Position numbers and translations under genes: made by a program. 64,000 nucleotides of DNA. It comes from Leucoraja ocellata. Taxonomy: Eukaryota. The stretch lies in assembly GCA_036785375.1 (NCBI GenBank), contig JAWMAR010000010.1, positions 6,262,001 to 6,326,000 on the forward strand. The letters are read 5' to 3'. The notes below the pieces were generated by a model that saw only the letters and a program-made list of their open reading frames with translations, was not told the origin of the DNA and made no database searches. This document shows, in pieces, positions 1 to 10,989 of this stretch. Numbering within the stretch: position 1 is the first letter of the stretch; each line of letters opens with the position of its first letter.

Positions 1-343
1 AAGGGCTGAAGATGGATACGTCACCTGGTCCCGATGGACTGCACACTAGGGTTCCGAAAGAGGTGGCTTTACAAATTGTGGAGGCATTGGCAGTGATATT
101 TCAAGAATCCCTAGAGGCAGAAGAGGTCCCAGATGATTGGAAAATTGCCAATAGTACCCCGCTGCGCATGAGGGAGCAAAGCAGAAGAGTGGGGACGACA
201 GGCCGTTAGTTATTTACATGGATAGCACGTTGGCTGGATGGCAGAAGCCACAGAGTGGCAATAGCGACAGAGTGGCTTTTTGTGGTTGGCTGCCAGTGAC
301 TAGCGGATTTCCACAGGGGTCGGTGCTGGGGCCATTACTCTTC
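1..343 (+). mobile_element. Degenerate CR1 ORF2 (RT) fragment, interrupted by L1 and resuming at 8582
   Basis: Encodes SPGPDGLH..LKEVA and VTSGFPQGSVLGPLLF. The continuation after the L1 contains AKFADDTK. Confidence 0.9.
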
Positions 344-2948
344 TTTTTATTTTTAATGTTTTATTTATTAGAAGTAAGTACAATACAGTGGTACCTTTTT
401 ACAGGTTCCCCAAATTATGCTAACATTGGACATTCTCTGTCCAACTTCCTTTTTTTAAAAAAAGAGAAAAGTAAGAAGAGAAAAAGAAAAATAGGTAGTA
501 AAGAGTGAAGGATAGACTGGTGTGCGTGAGTAAGAAGCAAAAAAAGGAAATAGTGAAGAAAAGAAATAAGTGAGGAAGGAAAGCAGGAGAGAGTTTATCC
601 AATCGCCACAAGGAGATGATTTCTTATATTCTAGGTCGTCTTTCACCCATACCTGAAACTTTTAATTTTTACGATACTGTTGCACCACATGACTCCAAGA
701 AATCAATAAATGGAGACCAACTCATTAAGAATTGGTCTTGTTTGTCTTTTTGGAAAGTCTCATTTCTTCCAAATGTGCTGTGTCCAACATATTACTGATC
801 CATATTTTAAATGTTGGTGTATTAGCATTTTTCCAAAATTTAAGTATGCTTTTTTGCTTTTATTAACCCATAATTAAATAATGAGTTTTGGGGTTTATTT
901 AATTTATTCCCGTCTCCCTTTACTCCAAATATAATCATTTCAGTATTATGTACCATTGTTTAATCTTAAATCACTTTGTGAATATATCAAATATATCACA
1001 TCAAAATTGATGAAGTTTTGTACAAGAAACAAATGATTATGTGATATTGACATTTTGAGAAAGACATTTATCACAGATGGGAGAGATATTTGGATAAAAT
1101 TTATTCAACCTAGTTTTAATATTTTAAATTGAATTAAACTGTGTCTAGCGTTAATCGAACATTTATGTATATGCATCAACTACTTTTCCCATGTTTCTTT
1201 TGAGATTTTTGTCATTAATTCTTTTTTCCCCAGTCTTCTCTAATTGCCTCTGTTGATGGTAATCATCTGTTTAAAATACTGTTATACAAGTATGATATTA
1301 TTTTTTGTGACTGCCTTGATATTCATTGCTTCTTCCAGTGGGTCTAAAATTATACTTTGAAAACTTGGTATATATTTCTTCATAAAATCACATACATGTA
1401 AATATTAAAAATATTGATTGTTATTCAATTTAAATTTTGATTTTAGTTGTTGAAATGATAATAAATTTCCCATTTCATACAAGTCACCTACCCTTTTAAT
1501 TCCCACTCTTTCCCATTGTCTATATGTATTATCCATACCAGATGGTTTAAATACTGGGTTATTCACTATTGGTGTTAACACTGATAGGTTTCTTAATTTT
1601 AAAGTTAATTTTATTTGTTACCAGATTCGTATTATATTATGTATAATTGGATTCTTCTTATATAATATATTGTTCAGTTTTATTGGGGAGAATACAATCC
1701 AACCAGTAAAATCCTAAATCGTAAGGAGAACAATCCTCTTTCTCCATTCTTATCCATTCCAACTGTTGAGCAGGACTATCCAACCAGTAAATTATATTCT
1801 TCATATGCACTGCCCAATAATAATATAAAAAATTAGGCAGTGCAAGTCCTCCTACCTCTTTGGATTTGCACAAGTGGTGTATTTTAATTATGTGTGCTTT
1901 ATAATCCGAAATAAAATTGGTAATATTCGAGTAATTTAAAAAGAAAATGTTTTGGTATATATATTGGTATAGATTGGAATAAATATATTATTTGTGGTAT
2001 ATAAAATATATTATTTTATAGCATTTATTCTGCCAATTAATGATAGGGGAGCGCTCTCCAAAATTTAAACAGAGCATTCAGTTTATTTAATAATGGTATA
2101 ATATTAGCATTAAATAATGATTTATATCTTCTAGTAACTTGAATACCCAAATACTTAAATTTTTCCGTTGCAATATTAAATGGAATTTTTAATAAGTGAT
2201 TCGCTTTCTGTGGTTTTAGTGAGATAATTTCACTTTTATTCCAGTTCATTCTATAACCAGAAAAAGAGCCGAATTCCTCTATTAAATTGAATAAATTCGG
2301 GATACTTGTCTGTAAATTTGTAATATATAAAAGTATATCATCCGCAAATAGTGAAATTTTATTACTAGAGTCATTGGTATTATATCCCTGAATATTCGGA
2401 TGCCTTCTTATCATTTCAGCAACCGGTTCTTTCATAAGGGCAAATAGCACGGGTGATAAAACACAACCCTACCTATTGCCCCTCGATAATTGAAATTTTG
2501 GAGATAACATATTATTAGTTAATATTCTTGCCATTGGTTTATCGTATAGTAATTTTATCCATCTAATAAAATTATCTCCCATATTAAATTTGTATAAATA
2601 CTGCCATTCTACCTGATCAAATGTTTTCTCTGCATCCAAAGATATAACTGATACATCTTCCGTTTCCGTTTTGTATGAATACATTATACTAAAAAGGCGT
2701 CTCAGATTGTTAGATGATTGTCTTTTAGGTATAAACCCCGTTTCGTCCGGATCTATCAATTTATTAATATATTTACTCAATCTTCTTGCTAAAGTCTTTG
2801 CTAAAAATTTCTGATCTGTATTTAGGAGTGATATGGCTCTATATGAGCCCGGCTCTTCGAAATCTTTATCATTTTAATGTATTAGCGTAATTGTGTATTC
2901 TGCTAGTGTTTCTGGTAATTTATTTTCGGTAAAGGCATACGTATATAA

Positions 2949-3188
2949 ATGAAATGAAATGAAATGAAATGAAAAAAATGAAATGATTCAATTTATTGTC
3001 ATTGTCAGTGTACAGTACAGAGACAACGAAATGCATTTTTTAGCATCTCCCTTGAAAGGGAGACACAGGGCGTCGCGGTGTGCCCGCGCCTGCCGCCGTA
3101 CATTCCATTACAGGCAAAGGTGGGTGAAGTGTCTTGCCCAAGGACACAACGACAGTATGCACTCCAAGCGGGATTTGAACCGGCTACC
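2949..3188 (-). mobile_element. 5'-truncated tRNA-derived CORE-like SINE inserted in L1 ORF2
   Basis: Minus strand shows a B-box (GGTTCAAATCC), a CORE-like motif (GTGTCCTTGGGCAAGACACTTCACCC) and a tail ACAATGACAATAAA followed by (CATTT)n. Short TATAA duplication on both sides. Confidence 0.75.
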
Positions 3189-3945
3189 TATAATTTAAGT
3201 AACCGTGGGACCATTAACTCCTGAAAACCTTTATAACCTTCATTATTAAAACCATCTGGTCCTGACGTTTTCCCATTTTTCAGTTATTTTATTGGTTCAT
3301 TTATTTCTTCACTTGCGATCTGAGCTTCTAATGCCTCTTGTTCTAAGATATCAAATTTTGGCAGATTACAATTATCTAAAAAATCTATAATTTTATTGTA
3401 TTCTATTGTAGTTTTAGTTGTATATAAGTTTTGATAAAATTGAGCAAACCTTTTATTAATATCCTTGGGTAACGTTAATAGTTCCCCATCTCTGATTTGA
3501 TTTTAGTAATAGTCTTTTCCTTTCCTTGTTTCTTCAATTGTCGTGTTAGAAGTTCACGTGGTTTATCGCCAAATTCAAAATGTGCCTGTTTTGTAATCTG
3601 AAATAATCTTATTACTCTTGCCGATAATATTCGATTAAGTTTACATTTCAATAATGTGATCTTATTATGTTTATCTATAGTTGGGTCTTTTGCGTTATCT
3701 AATTCTAATAGTTTAATTTCCTTTTCTAACGTCCCTTGTTCTATCGTATTCTTTTTATTTTGGAAACTTTGATATGAGATTATAACTCCACGGATAAATG
3801 CCTTAAAGGTTTCCCATAATAAACACGGTGAAATACCTGGTGTCTCGTTTGTCTCAAAAAAATATTTCATTTGTTGTTTTAAATACTCGTAACCTTGTGG
3901 GATATTAACTATTTGTGTATTAAATCTCCAAAAAGATTTTATACC

Positions 3946-5368
3946 AAAAAACCCCACATCTCCAGCCTCAACGACTACCGGCCAGTCGCACTCACACCAG
4001 TGGTGATGAAGTGTTTTGAAAAACTGGTCCGGGGTCATATCACATCACTCCTGCCCCGAAGCTTTGACCCCCACCAGTTTGCGTACAGAGCAAATAGATC
4101 TACAGAGGACGCTGTAGCCACAGCTCTCCATGCTGCACTGTCTCACCTGGAGCAGCGGGGGAGCTACGTGCGGATGCTCTTTGTGGACTACAGCTCTGCT
4201 TTTAATACCATCCTTCCCCACAAACTGGTGGACAAACTGGGGGACTTGGGACTTCCACACTCCACCTGTACGTGGATAAATAGCGTCCTGTCGGGTCGCA
4301 GCCAGAGAGTCAGAGTGGGCCATCATACATCCACGGCCCTCAGCCTCAGTACCGGCTCTCCACAGGGCTGCGTACTAAGCCCCCTGCTCTACACCATCTA
4401 CACACATGACTGCACCCCCGCCCACCACAGCAACACCATTGTCAAATTTGCGGATGACACTACGGTGGTGGGACTCATCTCCGGGGGGGACGAGTACGCC
4501 TACAGGGATGAGGTGGAGCAGCTGACAGTGTGGTGTGGAGAGAATAACCTGCTCCTCAACACCTTAAAGACAAAGGAAGTAATAATAGACTTCAGGAAGA
4601 ACAAAACGGACATGGTACCATTGACTATCAGAGGGGACTGTGTAGAGAGGGTGGCGGATTTCCGCTTCCTGGGAATCCATATTGAGGAGGACCTGACGTG
4701 GAGCGTGAACACCACTGCGCTGCTGAAAAAGGTCCAGCAGAGACTGCACTTCCTGAGGGTGCTCAGGAAGAATAACATCACTAAGAGACTGCTGCTGTCC
4801 TTTTATCGGTGCTCCATTGAGAGCATACTAACATACTGTGTATGCGTGTGGTACACCAGCTGCACAGCGGCTCAGAGGAAAGCGCTCCAGAGGGCCATTG
4901 ACAACGCCCAGAGGATTGTCGGCTGCCCTCTCCTTACCTTGGAGGACTTACACAGTTCCCGCTGCACCAAAAAATCCCAGAATATCATAAAGGACATTTC
5001 CCACCCCGGACACTCCCTGTTTGAACTGTTACCGTCAGGCAGACGGTACAGATCTACAAGGACAAGGACAAATAGACTAAAAAACAGTTTTTACCCAACT
5101 GCTATAAAAGCACTAAATGTAGCCGCCAAGGAACGCAGGGGCGATACAGACTAAGGGACTGTGGTAACTGTGGAATCGACAGAAGGATGGAGGGTTGGGT
5201 GTGTATGCGTGCTTTGTTCATGATATTTATTTAGTTGTTTATCTTTAATATTTTACCTTGTATGTATCGTTAGCTTTTAGAAATGTTTGAATGCTGCACT
5301 GACTGGCTGACATTTTAAATTTCGTTGTACATGGTTCATGTTACAATGACAATAAAGAAACTATTCTA
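3946..5368 (+). mobile_element. 5'-truncated Rex1/Babar-type non-LTR retrotransposon with an uninterrupted RT ORF to 5154
   Basis: Motifs [43 protein letters not shown] and KFADD. Ends in AATAAAG plus (CTATT)n. TSD TTATACC at 3939-3945 and 5369-5375. Confidence 0.9.
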
Positions 5369-7251
5369 TTATACCTGGCATTCCCTCTACTTTTAAAGTA
5401 AAAGTCAATGGGGGAGTGATCAGAAATAATACTATTGCGATATTTAGGATTAATCGTGTATGGAATTAATTTTGTGTCAACTAAAAAGTAATCAATTCTT
5501 GAGTAAGTTTTATGTACCGATGAATAAAACGGGTATTCCCTTCCAGTAGGATTAACTATTCTCCATACATCTGTTATATTAGTGTTTTTTATATATGTAT
5601 TTAAAAATTCACTAGTCTTGGATTTGACATTATACTTCCTTAGTTTTATTGATTTATCTAAATATGCACCTATAACACAATTAAAATCCCTCCCAATATT
5701 ACATTTTGGTAATTACACTCATCTATTATATCCGATTTTCTTTAAAAAATGGGGGTGATCAAAATTTGGAGCATAAATATTTATCAGTGTCAATGGTGTA
5801 GATTTCTCCCGCCACTATAGTGTACCTTCCTTCTTTATCAGATATAATATTTTTTTAAATAAATGGCATTCCTTTCCGAATAATAATAGCCGTGCCTCTA
5901 GCTTTAGAAGTAAACGACGAGTAATAAGTTTGACCTATCCAGTTTGCCTTCAGTCTCATCTGTGTTTGTAATTTCATATGAGTTTCTTGTAGAAAAGCTA
6001 TATCCACCTTTAAAGATTTTAATTGAGCCAAAATCTTGCGCATTTTGATTGGATCATTCGCACCCCTAATATTCCAACTACAAAATGTGATTCCTCCATT
6101 CTTTTTTTCCCTATTATCTTGAATTATTAATTAATTTTGCTGATTTTGATTCATGTGGTGTAGTTAAATACCTTAGGGTTTTGGGTGTGGGGTAACCGTC
6201 CCGTGTTAACGTTATTTTACATCTCCTCCGTCTATTGAACCTCCATAGGAAGAAGAGGAAAGTGTGTTGAAAGGTAGTGAAGAAAACAAAGAAAATTATT
6301 GTTAAGTGAACCACATAAAAGTGAATAATAAAAAAAGGTGATCTTAAGGTATCAAAAAGGTGATACCTTAAATTCTCAATGCCATCAATGATGGCCAAAA
6401 AAATTGTTGACTTCCGTAGTTGGAATTGTACATTGAGCTCAGCCCCCTAATTAAGCTGCCATAGACAACTGCATGACGTTTCCACTTAATATAACCAAAA
6501 ATCTTAACAATAAAACAAATTGATCCAGTCAGGCCGAATAGACAACAAAAAATTAATCAATAGAGAATTATCATCATCATTACTTTTCCACATAATCTCT
6601 TAAGTACCCACGCTTTAAACCTTATATAATGCTTACTCAGTACATAGAGTAATGTAATCATAAAACAGAGGGACAGGCCTTGTCCCTGTACTCGCTCGTC
6701 TCTTCCTTAATTACCAACCTGTTCCAAGGGTTAAATTTATTTATCTTAATAGCAACCGTCTTCCAGCCCAAACCTTTGGAACTATTCCAAACCTTTAACG
6801 CCTCCCTCTTTCCGGATTATAATGTTATAATATTATTATACATATTTTCATTAGTTGTTAAGTATTAGAATACATCCTAGATTATATTTCCTTTCATTTC
6901 AGCTATATTAGAGTTATTTAACTATTAGTAATAACCATCTAATCCTCTATAGACCCCTTATCCCCCAACCTCAATTGATTAATGTGTTTGTTAGTCATGT
7001 TAGTATAATATTAAAATGATAGCCTAAACCTCAATTCGTAATATTAAATTCATATGATTAATTAATTATTTACATTAAGTCTATACTGTAATAGTTAAAA
7101 CTTTAATTCAGTCCATAGTTTCAAGTCTGATCATTTGCTTCAGCATGTCTGTTTTCTCCCTTTGTTTATCTTCACATTTTCCGTTCAAGGTGAAATCCAA
7201 ACTCTGTCGTTGAAAACACATTCCTGTGAGATAAGCCAGTCTGGTTCGTGT

Positions 7252-8240
7252 CTAGAGCAGACCCGCCATCTTAATTATAGCAGTCTTCCACTGAAAATCA
7301 CCATCCTTCTCCTCTCTTTTCTCTATTTTCTGTGCAATCTCTTGTGCATACTTAAATGCCAGCTCAGGGTCCATGAATGAGCGTTGAGTTGAGTTGTACA
7401 TTATCTTCATCTTCGCGGGATAAACCACTCCGTATCTCACCCCAGGTTGTCCTTGCAAAATATTACTTACTTTTTTAAATTGAATCCCTTCCTCCAATAT
7501 TTCGCGTGGGTCGTCCCTGTAGAATCTCACAGTCCCTCCCTCGAATATGAGCCTCTTACCATGTGGTATCATCTTCAGGTGTTTTTTCCACGGTTGCAAT
7601 GTCTAAGAACTTCACGATAATCTGTCTTGGGGGAGCATTTGTTTCTCTTCGGAAGCGACCCACACTATGAGCCACATCAATCCTCACATTTTCATTCAAC
7701 TTAAAGACCCCTTTGAATATTTTGGAGACAAGCTCGGACATTTGAATTCCATGCTCTCGTCCCTCCTTTACTCCTATAATCCTTAAATTCCGTCTCCTTG
7801 AACTAGCTTCCAAATCTTGACATTTGTCTGTCAGTTTATTCAATTGTTCCCGATTATCACCTTGTTCCTTTTTCAAAATCGATATTTCGTGAGCCATCAT
7901 ATGCATTTCATCCATCATCTCTTCTGTCAACTTGTCAGAATGTTTCATCTCTTCAATCAACTTGTAAAACTTCTTATTATAATCAATTTCCATTCTCTCA
8001 AATTCTTGTGTTGTACTCTGATCAAAGTCACTGAACTGCTACTTCAAAGAGGCATACATTTCCTTTGATTCATCATTAGCAGTATCAATTTCCTTAGACA
8101 GGTTAACTTCCATTTTAGAGAGATTACTCTCCAGTGAAGTGCTCATAGTAGCAAACATTTTGGAGATTAGATCTTACCGTTTGTTCCCACTGCTTCATCT
8201 TCTTCTCCTTCTCCTTTTCGTTTGACTCTCTTCTTGTAGC
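7252..8240 (-). pseudogene. L1 ORF1p (coiled coil, RRM, CTD), frameshifted
   Basis: ORFs 7556-7993 and 7252-7599 contain SRRRNLRIIGVKEG, PRQIIVKF and YGVVYPAKMKI. Confidence 0.85.
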
Positions 8241-8581
8241 CATTTCAGATGCTGCTTGTTGAGGATTAAGCTCTTCATCTGAGCTTTCAGTTGTTGATTG
8301 AAGAGCTTCCAAGTCTTCTTGAAACTGATGGTAGCTTTCTTGGGTCCACGTGAGTGTTTTACTTTTGTCACCTAAAGGTCCCGTTAAAACTCCGATTTCT
8401 TCGACGCTTTCGAATGACATCACTCCCGCGACGCCAAGCAGCCCTCGGTGAGTGTTTTTAAATCGGTCCCGACTTTTAAAACGTCTTTTTACGCGATTTT
8501 TATGCGATTTTGCGGGAGCGGAGCTCAATGCTGCGCCTTCAACACATCATGGCGCCACCGGAAGTCGGGCCGCTACTCTTC

Positions 8582-9204
8582 GGGTTGTATATTCAATTAT
8601 TCGGACAAAGGGGATTGAAGAGTTTGTGGCCAAGTTTGCGGATGATACGAAAAGATGTAGAAGGGCAGGTGGTGTAGATAAAGTAGGGATTCCGTAGAAA
8701 GCCATGGACAGGTTGGAGAAGTGGTAGATGGAATATAGTGTGATTACCTTGAAATCATCTGCAAATTTAGTAAAAAAACTGCATTTAAAAAAAATAATTT
8801 GCATCTTTTGGCACCAGCTAACACTTATTATTAAGTTTTAATTTATTTAGATTAAACAATATTATTGTAGAAAAAATAGTTCCTGAAGAGGAGTCAAGAA
8901 TTTTGGTAGTAGGAATAAAGGCGTAGATTATGTTCTAATAGGGGAAAGAATCCAAAAATCGCGGGTGCAAAGCGACTTGGGAGTGCTGTTGCAGGATTCA
9001 CAAAAAGTTAATCTGCAAGTCGAATCGGTGGTAAAGAAAGCAAACGCAATGCTAGCATTTATTTCAGGAGGGCTTGTATACAGAAACAGGGATGTAATGC
9101 TGAGTCTCTATAAGGCGCTGGTAAGGCCGCGTTTGAAATACTGTGAGTAATTTTGGGCCCCATATCTGAAGAACGATGTGCTGGCTCTGAAGAGGTTACT
9201 GAGG
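8582..9204 (+). mobile_element. Older CR1 RT fragment (host of the L1 and of the full-length CR1); continues at 13907-14140
   Basis: Encodes KFADDTK, VVKKANAMLAFI and LYKALVRPRLKYC. Resumes after 13906 with IPGISRLTYDERL. Confidence 0.85.
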
Positions 9205-9450
9205 CCGGAACCGTTGGTGAGCAGTCGAGGAGGGTCAGGGCGGTGAGTATATAAATCGGGCGCGGGGCTTGTTTTCACAGAGGCCCAGGACCGTTGGAGA
9301 GCAGTGGAGGAGGGTCAGGGCGGTGAGTATATAAATCGGGCGCGGGGCTTGTTTTCACAGAGGCCCAGGACCGTTGGTGCAATGGAGGAGGGTCAGGGCG
9401 GTGAGTATATAAATCGGGCGCGGGGCTTGTTTGGTGGAGGAGGGTCAGGG
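9205..9450 (+). repeat. About 80-bp tandem monomers in the CR1 5' UTR, each with TATATAAA and GGTGAGT
   Basis: GAGGAGGGTCAGGGCGGTGAGTATATAAATCGGGCGCGGGGCTTGTTT occurs three times plus a partial fourth copy. Confidence 0.9.
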
Positions 9451-9589
9451 TAATCTGTAACGTTCACCAAAATCCGTAACGTTCCACACTCCATAGGGAG
9501 GGTTCTGGTGGAAGCCGCTGATTGGTGGAAGCAGCCTAGAGGAAGCAGCTGATTGGGTGCAACATCAGGTTAGCATTTGTGCTTTCTGG

Positions 9590-9792
9590 TTAAAGGGGCA
9601 GTGCTTTAGTTAAGGTACAGTGGGTTAAAGGGTACAGTGGGCTAAAGGTACAGTGCTTTAGTAAATGTACAGTGAGCCAAGGGTACAGTGGGTTAAAGGT
9701 GCAGTGCTTTAGTTAAGGCACAGTGAGTCAAGGGTACATTGGGCTATAGGTACAGTGCTTTTTGTTTATATAATAAAGGTGCAGTTTAAAGG
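9590..9792 (+). repeat. Degenerate 17-20 bp minisatellite (GGTACAGTG...) in the CR1 5' UTR
   Basis: Repeated AAGGTACAGTGGGTTA / AAGGTGCAGTGCTTTAGTT units. Confidence 0.85.
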
Positions 9793-9890
9793 TCACGAGG
9801 GAGCAGCTGTTGTGAGTCAGATACCTGCTGATTTCTCCCAGCAGTTTCTATTGTATCTTACTGGTATCAGATCCAGAGTAAGGCGGGAGA

Positions 9891-10873
9891 ATGACAGTCA
9901 GAGCAGTATACTGTTCTGGATGTCAGATGTGGGAGGTCATGGTGTCGGATGGCCCTCCAGACATCCACATCTGCACCAGGTGCTGAGAGATGGGGCTCCT
10001 AAGGGACCGTATTAGGATCCTGGAGCAGCAGCTAGATGACCTCGCTCTGATCAGGGAGAGTGAGGAGGTCATATAGGGGAGTTATAGAGAGGTGGTCACT
10101 CCAAAACAACGGGAGAGAGACATGTGGGTCACGTTAAGGAAGGGCAATGGGCAGAGGCAGGAACGAGTGAGTACTCCAATGTCGGTACACCTCGCAAATA
10201 AGTACTCCTGTTTGAGTACGGATGGGAGTGACAGCCTACCCGAGGGTAGTGACAGCGGACGGGCCTCCAGCTCAGAGACCGGCCCTGTTGCTCCAAAAGC
10301 TAGGGGAAAAAAGAGGGCAATAGTAATTGGGGACTCTATTGTTAGGGGGTCGGATAGGCGATTCTGTGGACGCAGTCGGGAGACCAGGATGGTGGTCTGC
10401 CTCCCTGGTGCCAAGGTCTCGGACGTGTCTCAACGCATCCAAGATATTCTTAAATCAGAGGGAGAGGAGCCTGAGGTCGTGGTACATATAGGTACCAATG
10501 ACATAGGAAAAAAAAGGGAAGAGGTCCTGAAGGGAGGATTTAGGGAGTTGGGAGGAGAGTTAAGAAAAAGGACCAAAAAGGTAACAATCTCAGGATTACT
10601 GCCTGTGCCACGCGACAGTGAGAGTAGGAATGGAGCGTGGCTGAAAGACTGGTGGCTGAAAGACTGGTGGCTGAAAGACTGGTGCAGAGGCTGGTGAAAG
10701 ATGCGTGGCTGAAAGACTGGTGCAGAGGGCAGGGATTCAAGTTCCTGGATCATTGGGACTTCTTTTGGGGAAGGTGGGACCTGTACAGAAAGGATGGGTT
10801 GCACTTGAACCCGAGGGGGACCAATATCCTAGCGGGGAAATTTGCAAAGGCAGCTGGGGAGACTTTAAACTAG
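9891..10873 (+). pseudogene. CR1 ORF1 (CxxC-CxxC finger, coiled coil, GDS-type esterase), disrupted
   Basis: ATG at 9891 gives MTVRAVYCSGCQMW...ICTRC then TGA. Downstream motifs AIVIGDSIVRG, VHIGTNDI and DGLHLN. A WLKDW-encoding tandem duplication frameshifts the C-terminus. Confidence 0.85.
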
Positions 10874-10989
10874 AATGGTTGGGGCGAGGGACTCAAATAG
10901 CGAAAGGTAGTAGACAGAATGGGAGGCAGGAAGCAGAAATGGGAAGCACTCGGACACAAGAGGAGAAAGGAAAACAAGGAAATAAACAG

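Larger units (their letters stand above)
640..6100 (-). pseudogene. L1 ORF2p (APE endonuclease and RT), broken by stops, frameshifts and two insertions; ends approximate
   Basis: Fragments at 5855-6043, 3475-3930, 2469-2780, 2037-2450 and 1658-1873 carry L1 ORF2 motifs. Confidence 0.85.
344..8566 (-). mobile_element. Full-length, decayed L1-clade LINE with nested insertions
   Basis: Minus-strand 5' end is GACTTCCGGTGGCGCCATG. ORF1 motif LEASSRRRNLRIIGVKEG; endonuclease motif DIAFLQETH; RT motifs SLDAEKTFDQVEW, LFADD, KYLGI and GGLALPN. T-rich tail at 344. Flanked by a near-identical TSD GGGCC(AT/GC)TACTCTTC at 329-343 and 8567-8581. Confidence 0.92.

Noticed and set aside
3895-5154. Stand-alone RT gene (retron, DGR or domesticated gene)
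   Set aside because: It is a 5'-truncated Rex1-type insertion with a tail and TSD. The ORF start is borrowed from antisense L1 sequence.
9205-9792. CRISPR-like repeat array
   Set aside because: These are head-to-tail repeats without unique spacers, inside a CR1 5' UTR in vertebrate DNA, with no cas genes.
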